From Gammaproteobacteria bacterium (GTDB taxonomy: Bacteria > Pseudomonadota > Gammaproteobacteria > JBCCGL01), in NCBI GenBank assembly GCA_965277715.1, contig OZ255836.1, positions 544,001 to 608,000 of the forward strand: a stretch of 64,000 nucleotides of DNA, written 5' to 3'. A model generated the notes under the pieces. That model worked only from the letters and a program-made list of their open reading frames with translations. It made no database searches and was not told where the DNA came from. A program made the position numbers and the translations under genes. This document shows, piece after piece, positions 19,878 through 28,872 of the stretch. How positions within the stretch are numbered: the first letter of the stretch is position 1; every line of letters starts with the position of its first letter.

Positions 19878-20253
19878 TACCAATATTTTCATTTATCTCG
19901 AAAAGCAAAATACCAACGCTGTCAAACTTATCGAACAAACCAGACACATTGAAATCAGTGCCATTACCTATATGGAACTCGTTCAGGGGGTAAGCAATAA
20001 ATATAAAGCCAGCGCGGTAGACCGGTTATTGAATGCCTTCCAGATCCGTATACTGGAGATTAGCGAGGACACCAGTATCATGGCCCGTACGCTAATTAGA
20101 CAATATGCACAAAGTCATGCGCTGACTATGGGCGATGCATTGATTGGTGCCACTTCGCTTTCTTCAGGCATTGAATTGGTCACCGCAAATTATAAGAATT
20201 TTCGGTTTATTGATGGTCTTGTGGTAAAAAAATTTACCCCTTCCAAAGCGTAA
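19867..20253 (+). CDS. vapC: VapC PIN-domain toxin
   Basis: 'LFDTNIFI', 'SAITYMELVQG', 'DALIGAT', 'LVTANYKNF'. Confidence 0.9.
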   Translation: MLFDTNIFIYLEKQNTNAVKLIEQTRHIEISAITYMELVQGVSNKYKASAVDRLLNAFQIRILEISEDTSIMARTLIRQYAQSHALTMGDALIGATSLSSGIELVTANYKNFRFIDGLVVKKFTPSKA

Positions 20254-20280
20254 GAAACCGGGTGCGTGTAAAGTTGGGGT

Positions 20281-20480
20281 TATGGTTATATGGTTATATG
20301 GTTATATGGTTATATGGTTATATGGTTATATGGTTATATGGTTATATGGTTATATGGTTATATGGTTATATGGTTATATGGTTATATGGTTATATGGTTA
20401 TATGGTTATATGGTTATATGGTTATATGGTTATATGGTTATATGGTTATATGGTTATATGGTTATATGGTTATATGGTTA
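20281..20480. repeat. Perfect octamer microsatellite (TATGGTTA)x25
   Basis: 200 bp of uninterrupted 8-bp units. Confidence 0.97.
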
Positions 20481-20586
20481 TATTGGGCTGGATACCGGCA
20501 TGACGGTCAGGTAGTTAATGCGAAATTCCTGGCAGCAATAAAACAATAAAACAATCTAATAGTTTAACAATTGACCAAAACCAAAC

Positions 20587-21606
20587 CTATCTATACGCCT
20601 GAATACTGGTCTGATACCCCCCACTACTAAAACTATGAGTGGCACTTTTAACAATCCATTTACCATTGACACCAGAGCGCAGACCACTGACCAGGATAGC
20701 ACCTTCGGCGGTAATATCGGGGTTGCCGAGCAGTGTCATGCTAAGGGTCGTCTCGTCGCGGTTAAGGTCGTCGAATTTGGCCTTGGCGGCGGCTTTTGCC
20801 TCAGCCTCGGTGTTGAACAGGTGCGGTAGCCTGAAAATATTTTTATTCGACGAGGTCGTCAGTGACAGGCCCGCGCTGACGATGGCTTCGCTGTAACGGG
20901 CATTGACCCGGTCGGGGTAATAGGCAATTACCTTGCTGTAGTCTTGCCGATTGGCGAGCTGGGTACGCCACTGTTGCACATTGTGAGGCTGTACTGGAAT
21001 CGGCAGCATGGGCAGGCCGCTGGCCGAGGTGCCCTGGCCTTTTTGCATAAACAGCAGCTTGCCCGCCATGGGTTTACACACCGCATTGTAACGCTCTGCC
21101 AGGCGGGTTAAAAAGGCGAGGTCAGATTCGTTGGATTGATTGATGGCCTCAAGGGTTGTGGTGGCAAATGCCGGGCTGATAGCTGCACTCAAGCCGTGCT
21201 TTTGGGCAATGGTTTTGACTATATTGGCGAGGGTTTTACCCGCCCAGGTGCGGGCGCTTTCGGTCAGCATCAACTCCGGTGTTGCCGAAACAGACAAAGT
21301 ACGCCCGCCGGTGGACCCGCTAAGGTCGGTCTGATTGACAATAAAGATGCCCATGGGCACCTGGTAAAGCGCGTAGCCCATGGACACCTTGATGCTTTTT
21401 CCCGGTTTGGGCAGGCTGATAGCGCCATTGAGTAGGGCAGGGCGGTCATCAAACTCCATCGATAGCTGATCGCTACTATGGCCGTTGTTGAGTGTTACGC
21501 GCAGCGATAACAGACGGTCTTTCAAGGTGACACCCGCCAGCAGGCCACCGATGGTGAGCTGATAGGACGGGGCGCTTGAGTGGTTTAATTGGGGCAATAT
21601 AGACAT
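20587..21606 (-). CDS. P2 gpD-like baseplate hub (late control D)
   Basis: 'DRLLSL..T...G..SDQL...DDR', 'QSNESDLAFLTRLAERY.A..K...GKLLF', 'GNPD..AEG', 'W....ATH..S.GGYQT'. Confidence 0.9.
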   Translation of the reverse strand: MSILPQLNHSSAPSYQLTIGGLLAGVTLKDRLLSLRVTLNNGHSSDQLSMEFDDRPALLNGAISLPKPGKSIKVSMGYALYQVPMGIFIVNQTDLSGSTGGRTLSVSATPELMLTESARTWAGKTLANIVKTIAQKHGLSAAISPAFATTTLEAINQSNESDLAFLTRLAERYNAVCKPMAGKLLFMQKGQGTSASGLPMLPIPVQPHNVQQWRTQLANRQDYSKVIAYYPDRVNARYSEAIVSAGLSLTTSSNKNIFRLPHLFNTEAEAKAAAKAKFDDLNRDETTLSMTLLGNPDITAEGAILVSGLRSGVNGKWIVKSATHSFSSGGYQTSIQAYR

Positions 21607-21671
21607 AATAATTGAGTGTTTAAAGGGTTAAACGGCATCACATAAAAAATGTGGGCGGCAGAAAGTAACCC

Positions 21672-21989
21672 TCAATCCCACAATTTAACCGACTCACTTT
21701 CTATCAGTTCCGGGGTGAATTCGGGTAATGCAATGGCAATACCCGGCGGCAGGCTCAGCGGGTAATTTGCCAGGCCGGGGTTTGCGTTCAGTACTGTTTC
21801 AATAACGCCGCGCAGACTTTCATCGGTCTGGTTGTTGAGCATAAAGCCGCTGTCAAATACTGAACTGTCGTTCGACAAGCGCGGATCGGTGGCCATGGCG
21901 GCCGTGCCCAGGCTAACTTCGTGGATGTAGTAGTGCCAACAGATCCAGTCGAGAGTGTCGCCTTGTCGGGTGCGGTAGTGGATGCTCAT
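21672..21989 (-). CDS. P2 gpX-like LysM tail protein with an internal insertion
   Basis: 'YRTRQGDTLDWICWHYY ... VLNANPGLA...LPPG..I.LP...VKLWD'; start at 21989. Confidence 0.88.
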   Translation of the reverse strand: MSIHYRTRQGDTLDWICWHYYIHEVSLGTAAMATDPRLSNDSSVFDSGFMLNNQTDESLRGVIETVLNANPGLANYPLSLPPGIAIALPEFTPELIESESVKLWD

Positions 21990-21999
21990 AAGTCGTGTC

Positions 22000-22422
22000 C
22001 TAAAGCAAAAGGTCTTCGTTATAACGTTTAAGGCTGAGGCTGAAGTCGATTTTGCGGGGGCTGCCATCGGCAAACAGGGCGCTATTGGTTTCTTGCACGC
22101 TCTCAATCAGCCAGCGGCCAAAAATAAATCCAGAGGGGTTCATCAGCGGCAGGGCCACGCCAAGACCGGCGGTCAGGCGTATGGCGGAGAGTGTCAGGGG
22201 GCTGCCTTTATACTGGGGGTACAGGGTGCCGTTAAGGTTGATGCTCTCCTCCCCCGGCCCGATAAACTGATAAGCCGGGCCGCCAATACCGGCGTGTTTT
22301 AACAGTGGGTGCCCCAGGCGGTTTTGTGCGGCCCACTGGTATTGGGTGTTGCGTTGCAGTTGTTCGTAGGCGGCGGTGTTGAGGGAAAAAAACACAGGAC
22401 CTAATATCATCATCACAGACAT
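22000..22422 (-). CDS. P2 gpU-like tube initiator
   Basis: 'MMILG..FSL.TAAY..LQR...W....R....QFIGPGEESI.L.G.LYP', 'F.DG.PRKIDFSLSLKR'. Confidence 0.92.
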   Translation of the reverse strand: MSVMMILGPVFFSLNTAAYEQLQRNTQYQWAAQNRLGHPLLKHAGIGGPAYQFIGPGEESINLNGTLYPQYKGSPLTLSAIRLTAGLGVALPLMNPSGFIFGRWLIESVQETNSALFADGSPRKIDFSLSLKRYNEDLLL

Positions 22423-22444
22423 GGCGTTGCTCGTTAAAAGTTAC

Positions 22445-24409
22445 TCAGAATTTCCCGTAAAACGAGGGTGGTTTTATACGCAGGGGGTTGCCCTGTTGCT
22501 GTTGGCTTAGCATGGTTTTTAATTCTTGTATGCCTTGTTGCAGGCCGTGTATTTGCCGTTGCTGGCTTTGGCTGTCACGCTGTTGGTTTTCCTTTTCCCG
22601 CTGATGGCCTTCTATTGTTTGTTGATGGCGCTGATTGAATTCAACCAGTTGTCGGTTTATTTGCTGCAAGATAGATATATCGGCCCGACCGTTACGATCC
22701 ACCGGATCGTCATACTGGCCTTTGACAGTATCCACAAGGGTACGGCGAAGTGGCGATGCAAACCCCTGGATACCGGCATACGCCGGTATGGCGGATTTAA
22801 TTGTATTGACACGCCGACGGTTGCCATCATCCACAAGAGTACGGCGAAGTGGCGATGCAAACCCCTGGATACCGGCATACGCCGGTATGGCGGATTTAAT
22901 TGTATCGACATGCCGACGGTTGCCATCATCCACAAGAGTACGGCGAAGTGGCGGTGCAACCCCCTGGATACCGGCATACGCTGGTATGGCGGATTTAATT
23001 GTATTGACATGCCGACGGTTGCCATCATCCACAAGAGTACGGCGAAGTGGCGATACAACCCCCTGGATACCGGCATACGCCGGTATGGCGGATTTAATTG
23101 TATCGACATGCCGACGGTTGCCATCATCCACAAGAGTATGGCGAAGTGGCGATGCAAACCCCTGGATACCGGCATACGCCGGTATGGCGGATTTAATTGT
23201 ATCGACACGCCGACGGTTGCCATCATCCACAAGAGTACGGCGAAGTGGCGATGCAAACCCCTGGATACCGGCATACGCCGGTATGGCGGATTTAATTGTA
23301 TCGACACGCCGACGATTGCCATCATCCACAAGAGTACGGCGAAGTGGCGATACAACCCCCTGGATACCGGCATACGCCGGTATGGCGGATTTAATTGTAT
23401 CGACATGCCGACGGTTGCCATCACCCACAAGAGTACGGCGAAGTGGCGGTGCAAACCCCTGGATACCGGCATACGCCGGTATGGCGGATTTAATTGTATC
23501 GACATGCCGACGGTTGCCATCATCCACAAGGGTACGGCGAAGTGGCGATACAAACCCCTGGATACCGGCATACGCCGGTATGGCGGATTTAATTGTATCG
23601 ACATGCCGACGGTTGCCATCATCCACAAGAGTACGGCGAAGTGGCGGTGCAAACCCCTGGATACCGGTGTGTGCCGGTATGATGGATTTAGTCGTGCCGT
23701 TATGCTGGTGGCTGCCAGTGTCCAGTGGGGTCATGCAAAGTAGCGATGCAAGCCTTGCCGATATTGGCTCATTTGCCTTATTGCCGGGGACGGTACCCGC
23801 AGGAGAGTCCCCTTTATCTGTTGAATTAAAAAACTGGATACTGGCATGTGCCGGTATAACGGGCTTGATCGAACCGCCATGCTGGCGGTGGCCAGTATCC
23901 AGAAAGGCACTGCAAAGTGACTGTGTAAGCCTCTGGGCTTGGGTATACACCGCAATAATGTGGTAGCGGCTTTGCAGGCACGCATAGAAAGCCTGCTTTA
24001 TTACCTGTGACAGAGACTGTTGGTATTCAAACCGTGTCGGGTAGTGATTGTGTTCGTCAATCCGGGGTAACGATGGCCTGCGTTCCAGGTTGACCGCCGG
24101 TGTATTTTGAGGTGCTGCATCCACCGCACCCGTCTGCCATAGCCCGGCAAGGGCGTAATCGAAAAATACTGCCGTTAATCCTAAAGCCGGTAATGTAACA
24201 GTCCTCATCAAACGGGGATAAGGGCGGCCGTATAACCTCGCCGGTGCGATAACGGTTTGCCAGAGGCGTACCGTGGTTTGCCGCTTGCGTTCAGTTGTTT
24301 CAAGCGGTGGCGTTTTATTGGTTCCAGAGGTTTGCGCCAGAGTGTTACCTCTGGCGTTTTTTCTGGTTTTTCTGGTTTTTTTGCGTTTCATAGAAATTCC
24401 TGAAGGCAC
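22445..24409 (-). CDS. Repeat protein in the tape-measure position (33-aa REP-derived repeats plus Gln-rich coiled-coil C-terminus); start uncertain
   Basis: Between E/E' and U as P2 gpT; about 10 x DTIKSAIPAYAGIQGFASPLRRTLVDDGNRRHV. Confidence 0.5.
   Translation of the reverse strand: MPSGISMKRKKTRKTRKNARGNTLAQTSGTNKTPPLETTERKRQTTVRLWQTVIAPARLYGRPYPRLMRTVTLPALGLTAVFFDYALAGLWQTGAVDAAPQNTPAVNLERRPSLPRIDEHNHYPTRFEYQQSLSQVIKQAFYACLQSRYHIIAVYTQAQRLTQSLCSAFLDTGHRQHGGSIKPVIPAHASIQFFNSTDKGDSPAGTVPGNKANEPISARLASLLCMTPLDTGSHQHNGTTKSIIPAHTGIQGFAPPLRRTLVDDGNRRHVDTIKSAIPAYAGIQGFVSPLRRTLVDDGNRRHVDTIKSAIPAYAGIQGFAPPLRRTLVGDGNRRHVDTIKSAIPAYAGIQGVVSPLRRTLVDDGNRRRVDTIKSAIPAYAGIQGFASPLRRTLVDDGNRRRVDTIKSAIPAYAGIQGFASPLRHTLVDDGNRRHVDTIKSAIPAYAGIQGVVSPLRRTLVDDGNRRHVNTIKSAIPAYAGIQGVAPPLRRTLVDDGNRRHVDTIKSAIPAYAGIQGFASPLRRTLVDDGNRRRVNTIKSAIPAYAGIQGFASPLRRTLVDTVKGQYDDPVDRNGRADISILQQINRQLVEFNQRHQQTIEGHQREKENQQRDSQSQQRQIHGLQQGIQELKTMLSQQQQGNPLRIKPPSFYGKF
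22731..23700. repeat. Tandem array of about 10 x 99-bp units, each with a REP-like palindrome
   Basis: Unit starts at 22731, 22830, 22929 ... 23622; core ctggATACCGGCatacGCCGGTATggcgg. Confidence 0.95.
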
Positions 24410-24451
24410 GCTGCTTCAACCTAAAATCCTCAGTTGAATCTACTTCCAGGT

Positions 24452-24610
24452 TCAACTCTGTTCCATCTGCGCAGCCACCCGTTGACCGGCATCCAGCCAC
24501 GCCAGCAGTTCGCCTTCCTCCAGCGCCAGCAGTTCGTTCAAACCCCAGCCGGTGCGTTGCGCCAGCACGTATACCGCTTCACGCAGGCGGCCCGGCGTCA
24601 GGATAAAAAA
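24452..24610 (-). CDS. P2 gpE'-like extension reached by a programmed -1 frameshift
   Basis: After GGT TTT TTA (T6 run, + strand 24605-24610) the -1 frame reads FILTPGRLREAVYVLAQRTGWGLNELLALEEGELLAWLDAGQRVAAQMEQS*. Confidence 0.8.
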   Translation of the reverse strand, partial: FFILTPGRLREAVYVLAQRTGWGLNELLALEEGELLAWLDAGQRVAAQMEQS

Positions 24611-24837
24611 CCGGCCAGGCACTCCTGTAGTTTCACGTAATCGGCCATATCCAGTTGTTCAATCTGGTCGGGTGCCATTTCTGCCAGGTTGGCCAGCAGG
24701 TATATTTCTTTCTCGACTTCGTTACCGCTGGCTTTCTCCGCCGCCAGCCGGTCGCGCACCAGAGGGCGGCGCAGGGTGATGGAGGTGACTTCGGCACCGT
24801 CGAGGGTGGTTGGGTATTTTAGGGGGATGGTTTGCAT
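24598..24837 (-). CDS. Tail assembly chaperone (P2 gpE / gp41-like)
   Basis: 'I.LKYP...G.EVTSITLRRP.VRD...E..LLANLA......I..LD..DY..LQ..L.GFL'. Confidence 0.9.
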   Translation of the reverse strand: MQTIPLKYPTTLDGAEVTSITLRRPLVRDRLAAEKASGNEVEKEIYLLANLAEMAPDQIEQLDMADYVKLQECLAGFLS

Positions 24838-25173
24838 CGGGGTGTCTCCAGGTTAGGGGGAATTGTTAAATTGTTAAATTGTTATATGGTTGATTTATTA
24901 GTGATATTGGGTGTCAATAGATACGCCCTATAAAGCGTGATACGGGCACACATCCCTTCTTTGTAAACTCCCATCGGGGTTAGGCCCGCTGGCATCAGCA
25001 GTGGGAAGCTAAATGGCTCTCTCGTGCCCCAATCCGGCGGGATATCAGGGAGGCATTCCCCACCAAAATGAGTCGTTGTTATTACCGCCCCTGTTAGTCG
25101 GGGCTTTTGCAATTGACAAAATAGTAGCATAGAGCTACTCTTTTATTTTCTAGGTATTTTCGAGATAGATATC

Positions 25174-25638
25174 ATGGTAGCGTCAACTAAATCCACCCTC
25201 ATTCCGTCAGTATCTAAAGCGCGTAAAGCGAAACAATCATCACCGATTCGTTTATCTGAACCCTTCTATAGACGAATTAGCGCCTCCGCTGTATTGAATG
25301 ATCGCTCTATCCCAAAGCATCTGGAATATCTGATTAATATTGCCGAAAGCGTAAAGAACGTATTGAGCCGAGAGGAGCTACTTAACGTGCAAGCGGGTCT
25401 CAATAAAATTGTCGTTGAAAAAATTGAGTCGCCACGAGTCAACAAAACGACATTGTTTGATTCATTGGAGGATATGCGTCACTCAGGCGCATTAAGCCAA
25501 TCGATCACTACCGCCGAAACAAAATACCAGGCAAGCCCCAACCACCCGGGTTACCTGGAACGGTTAAACCCTGACGGCAGCAGAGACGTTGGTCTGTTTA
25601 AAGGGGGCAAATTTAAGCCTGCTAAGGGTATTGAGTGA
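25174..25638 (+). CDS. Putative antitoxin / RHH-like partner of the downstream P-loop protein
   Basis: 'PIRLS......A...DRSIPKHLEY'; overlaps the downstream gene by 4 bp. Confidence 0.5.
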   Translation: MVASTKSTLIPSVSKARKAKQSSPIRLSEPFYRRISASAVLNDRSIPKHLEYLINIAESVKNVLSREELLNVQAGLNKIVVEKIESPRVNKTTLFDSLEDMRHSGALSQSITTAETKYQASPNHPGYLERLNPDGSRDVGLFKGGKFKPAKGIE

Positions 25639-26213
25639 ATAAGCCTGAGCTATGGGCAATCGTTGGTGGTAACGGTGCGGGCAAATCGACGTTTTACAAG
25701 CAATTCCTGGCGCCTCAACACATTCCTTTCATTAATGCTGACGTTATTGCAAAAGAGATTGCGCCTGAAAATCCCGAAGCAGCGAGTTATGCTGCCGCTA
25801 ATATCGCTGCACAACAATGTGAACAGGCACTTCGTGATCATCAGAACTTTTGTTTCGAAACCGTTTTTTCCCATGAATCCAAAATAGATTTATTAGCTAA
25901 AGCCAGAGCGGCTGGCTACGAAATCAATCTTGTGGTTATCTACTTATCCAGCACTGAAATCAATAAGGCACGGGTTAAACAACGCGTAGCAACGGGTGGT
26001 CACGATGTCCCGGAGGACAAAATTGAAAGCCGCATCCCAAGAACTCACCATAATATAGCCGTCGCTGTTGACTTAAGCGATTCCATTTATATTATGGATA
26101 ACAGTTCCTGCGACAACCCTTTCAGACGCGTTGCAACGGAGGAAGACGGCCTGGTTACCCTTCACGTTCAAAACCCACCCGACTGGGTGACGAATTTATT
26201 TAACAATCTATAA
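25635..26213 (+). CDS. Zeta-toxin-like P-loop NTPase (COG4185-type)
   Basis: 'GGNGAGKST', 'INAD.IA', 'FCFETVFS', 'RVKQRV..GGHDVP..KI..R'. Confidence 0.85.
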   Translation: MNKPELWAIVGGNGAGKSTFYKQFLAPQHIPFINADVIAKEIAPENPEAASYAAANIAAQQCEQALRDHQNFCFETVFSHESKIDLLAKARAAGYEINLVVIYLSSTEINKARVKQRVATGGHDVPEDKIESRIPRTHHNIAVAVDLSDSIYIMDNSSCDNPFRRVATEEDGLVTLHVQNPPDWVTNLFNNL

Positions 26214-26275
26214 ACAATAACAAAGTGCCTGATGGGTCAAGTATTGTTTAACAATTCAACAATTTCAGTAAATCT

Positions 26276-26896
26276 TCAAACACCGTTTATCTTACGCATC
26301 TGATTATCCACATCCACCTCCACCCGTTCTTGTGTGTCTATCTCAAGGCGGTAATAACACAGTGCCAGGCGTATGTTTAAGGCGGTGCTTTCACCGGCTT
26401 TCCACTGGCCGAAGTCCAGCTCGGTAACGCCGCCTGCCAATTGAACGACCACCGGGATGACTATGTTGGTCTGCTCGTCGCTCAGGCCGCCGCGCAAGGT
26501 GAAACGCCAGGGTGCCTTGTCGGCACTGCTTCCGGATTGGTACATTTTCTTTGACCCGAAAGCGCCTGTCGCTAGTCCGGTTATGGCCGCGCCAGTAAGG
26601 TCGGCGCCAGGCCCACTGTTTGAGCCGGAGGTCGCCTCGGCCTTTAGGGTAGGCAGTCGTTCGGGGCGGCGGGCAATGCCGAGCATACTGATCATCTGCG
26701 GGTCGTATTCGCGCAGGCGCAGGCCACATTCGAGCCTTTCCATGCCCATGTCCATTTGCACGGGGGTATCCAGGCCACCCAGTTGAAAGTCTTCCGTTTT
26801 AATGGTGAGTTTCGGCAGGGCCACTTCCTCTACCCGTCCGGCATAGCCGTGACCATTGACAAAGAGGTTAAAGTTTTTGAGTACTTTGGGCAGCAT
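26276..26896 (-). CDS. Second P2 FII-type tail tube paralog with a ~45-aa insertion
   Basis: 'MLPKVLKNFNLFVNG.GYAG.VEE..LPKL', 'D.GME.LEC', 'G.WKAG'. Confidence 0.88.
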   Translation of the reverse strand: MLPKVLKNFNLFVNGHGYAGRVEEVALPKLTIKTEDFQLGGLDTPVQMDMGMERLECGLRLREYDPQMISMLGIARRPERLPTLKAEATSGSNSGPGADLTGAAITGLATGAFGSKKMYQSGSSADKAPWRFTLRGGLSDEQTNIVIPVVVQLAGGVTELDFGQWKAGESTALNIRLALCYYRLEIDTQERVEVDVDNQMRKINGV

Positions 26897-26989
26897 AGGG
26901 AGGGCCGTTCATGGTTAACTATTAAAAAACAATTGAGAAAAATCAGGCGGCTAACTGCAAACACCGCCTGATTAACTCACGCTTACATT

Positions 26990-27493
26990 TTAAACGCCAA
27001 TGGCATCGCGCATGGAGGCCAGTTGATCGACACCGTCGATCTTGCGCACCATATTGGGCACATCCACTTCCACTAGCTCCTCGCTACCGATGGTGAGCTT
27101 GTAGTAACGCAGGGTAACGCTGACTTTTAAGGAAGCCTTGTCGCCCGCTTTCCAACTGCCCATATCGATATCCTTCCAAATGCCTTTAAGCTTGACTTCC
27201 ACCGGCGTGACGGTTGTGCTTTCATCGTCCAGTCCACCCTTCAGGGTCAGCGGTACTTCGGCACCGCTGCGCAGGCCAAACTTTTTAATCACCTCCGGCT
27301 TGTACTCGCACAGACTGAAGTCACATTCCAGTTTATCCATGCCCATTTCCAGGTCGATGGGTGCATCCATACCGCCGGTGTACAGGTCGTCCATTTTCAC
27401 ACTGAGTTTGGGCAGGGTCAGGTCTTCCACCACCCCGGCGTAGCCTATGCCATCGACAAATAAATTAAAGTTCTTTAAGACTCTGGGTATCAT
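26990..27493 (-). CDS. P2 FII-type major tail tube protein
   Basis: 'MIPRVLKNFNLFVDG', 'GSWKAGDK', 'YYKL.I.....E.D..N..R.IDGVDQLA..R.AIG'. Confidence 0.95.
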   Translation of the reverse strand: MIPRVLKNFNLFVDGIGYAGVVEDLTLPKLSVKMDDLYTGGMDAPIDLEMGMDKLECDFSLCEYKPEVIKKFGLRSGAEVPLTLKGGLDDESTTVTPVEVKLKGIWKDIDMGSWKAGDKASLKVSVTLRYYKLTIGSEELVEVDVPNMVRKIDGVDQLASMRDAIGV

Positions 27494-28872
27494 GCGAATA
27501 TCTCCTCTAGATAATCATTCACTAAACTGCTGCGAAAGGTAATGTGTTCCGCCGGGTACGGCGGGGTGAAATCGAAGTCGAAATACACCTTGCCCTGGGC
27601 AATTTGATCCGGTGTGTTCAGGTCCGGGTCGGCCCAGCAGTTGCCATCGATAATGGCACCGATGTTTTTCAGTGAACGCAGGTAGGCATTGACCCCCTCG
27701 GTCACATCGTCGATATAGGTTTTGGTGATGTTGCGATCCACTGCCCACAGGTGGGCGCGCAGCAGGGAGTCGTTAATCAGGTCCGCCGTGCGGCGCACGC
27801 TGATAAAGGCCCATTTTGCGTCTGACGAACAGGAGCGGTTACCCCACAGCCGGTAGCCGTTCTGGTGAATGACGGTGGCCACCTCGTTCTCATTCAACAG
27901 GTTGGCGCGGGCCAGTTTGTCGTCCAGGGCAAAGTCGATGGGCCGCGAGGTGCCGCTGATGCCGAGCATGGGCCGGTTGGAAGGGCTCCACCAGAAACCG
28001 CGCTCGTTGTCGGACTTGGCGATAATACCCGCCACCCGCGCCGAGGCCGGTTGATCCACATCGACCTTGTTGGCACTGTCGAAGACCTTGACTTTGGGAT
28101 CCACCAGATACAGGCGGGCACTGTCGAACTGGTCCCGATAGCTGATAGCACTGGCATCGGTATCGCCGGGGCCGTCGGCAATTACAATGGCACGCAGACG
28201 ATCCGCCACGCTGATCAGGGCATCGGTGACAGCCTTGGTGTCGGTAAAGCCCGGCGCAATCAACAGACGTGGGGTCACATGGACAATGCTCTCTGCCCCC
28301 AACAGCGCCGGAATGCCTCCATCGGGGTTGGCGGTGCTGATCACATCGGTACTGGTGGCAGCTGTGCTTGAGGCTTTGTCGTAAACCACGGATAAGGTGG
28401 CTGTGTCACTGTCGATAGCGCCGCCCTCGATACGCGTCAGTTTATCCTTGCCGGTCGGGCCGGTGGTACTGCTGGTGATCAGGTAGTCCTTGCCCTGTAC
28501 ATAGGTCGTGGCCGGGGTGCTACCATCAGTGACCACGACGTTGGAAACGTAGCCATGGGACAGGTCTATCGCGCCGTCGACCAGGGTATAGCTGGCCGCT
28601 GTCACTGTTTCTTTAAGTTGCACATTAATCACCACCACCGCAGCGCCCGCCTGGTCAAAAATCGCGTTCAGGGCATCGGGAATGGTACTGCTGCCGTCGG
28701 GGATGCCGAATTGGGTGATGGCCTCCTTGCGGGAGCCGGACACCAGGGTAGGCACGTTAGTGGGGCCTTTGGCGGCAGTGCCGACCAGGCCGATAACGGA
28801 CGAGGCCACACTGCTGATAGGGCGCGGCCCGCCGTCGAGTTCAATAATCTCTACGCCGTGTAAAAAAGCCAT
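27490..28872 (-). CDS. P2 FI-type contractile tail sheath protein
   Basis: 'FLHGVE', 'PRLLIAPGF', 'GFWWSPSN', 'GYRLWGNR', 'FDFTPPYPAEHITF'. Confidence 0.96.
   Translation of the reverse strand: MAFLHGVEIIELDGGPRPISSVASSVIGLVGTAAKGPTNVPTLVSGSRKEAITQFGIPDGSSTIPDALNAIFDQAGAAVVVINVQLKETVTAASYTLVDGAIDLSHGYVSNVVVTDGSTPATTYVQGKDYLITSSTTGPTGKDKLTRIEGGAIDSDTATLSVVYDKASSTAATSTDVISTANPDGGIPALLGAESIVHVTPRLLIAPGFTDTKAVTDALISVADRLRAIVIADGPGDTDASAISYRDQFDSARLYLVDPKVKVFDSANKVDVDQPASARVAGIIAKSDNERGFWWSPSNRPMLGISGTSRPIDFALDDKLARANLLNENEVATVIHQNGYRLWGNRSCSSDAKWAFISVRRTADLINDSLLRAHLWAVDRNITKTYIDDVTEGVNAYLRSLKNIGAIIDGNCWADPDLNTPDQIAQGKVYFDFDFTPPYPAEHITFRSSLVNDYLEEIFA

Noticed and set aside
20262-20549. ORFs reading (MVIWLYGY)n
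   Set aside because: Translation artefacts of the octamer microsatellite
22731-23700. CRISPR array
   Set aside because: The sequence between palindromes is near-identical in every 99-bp unit (no unique spacers) and no cas genes are present
22526-23966. Long alternative ORFs (405, 443 and 331 aa) over the repeat array
   Set aside because: They are open only because the 99-bp unit lacks stops in those frames; only the 654-aa minus ORF fits the operon
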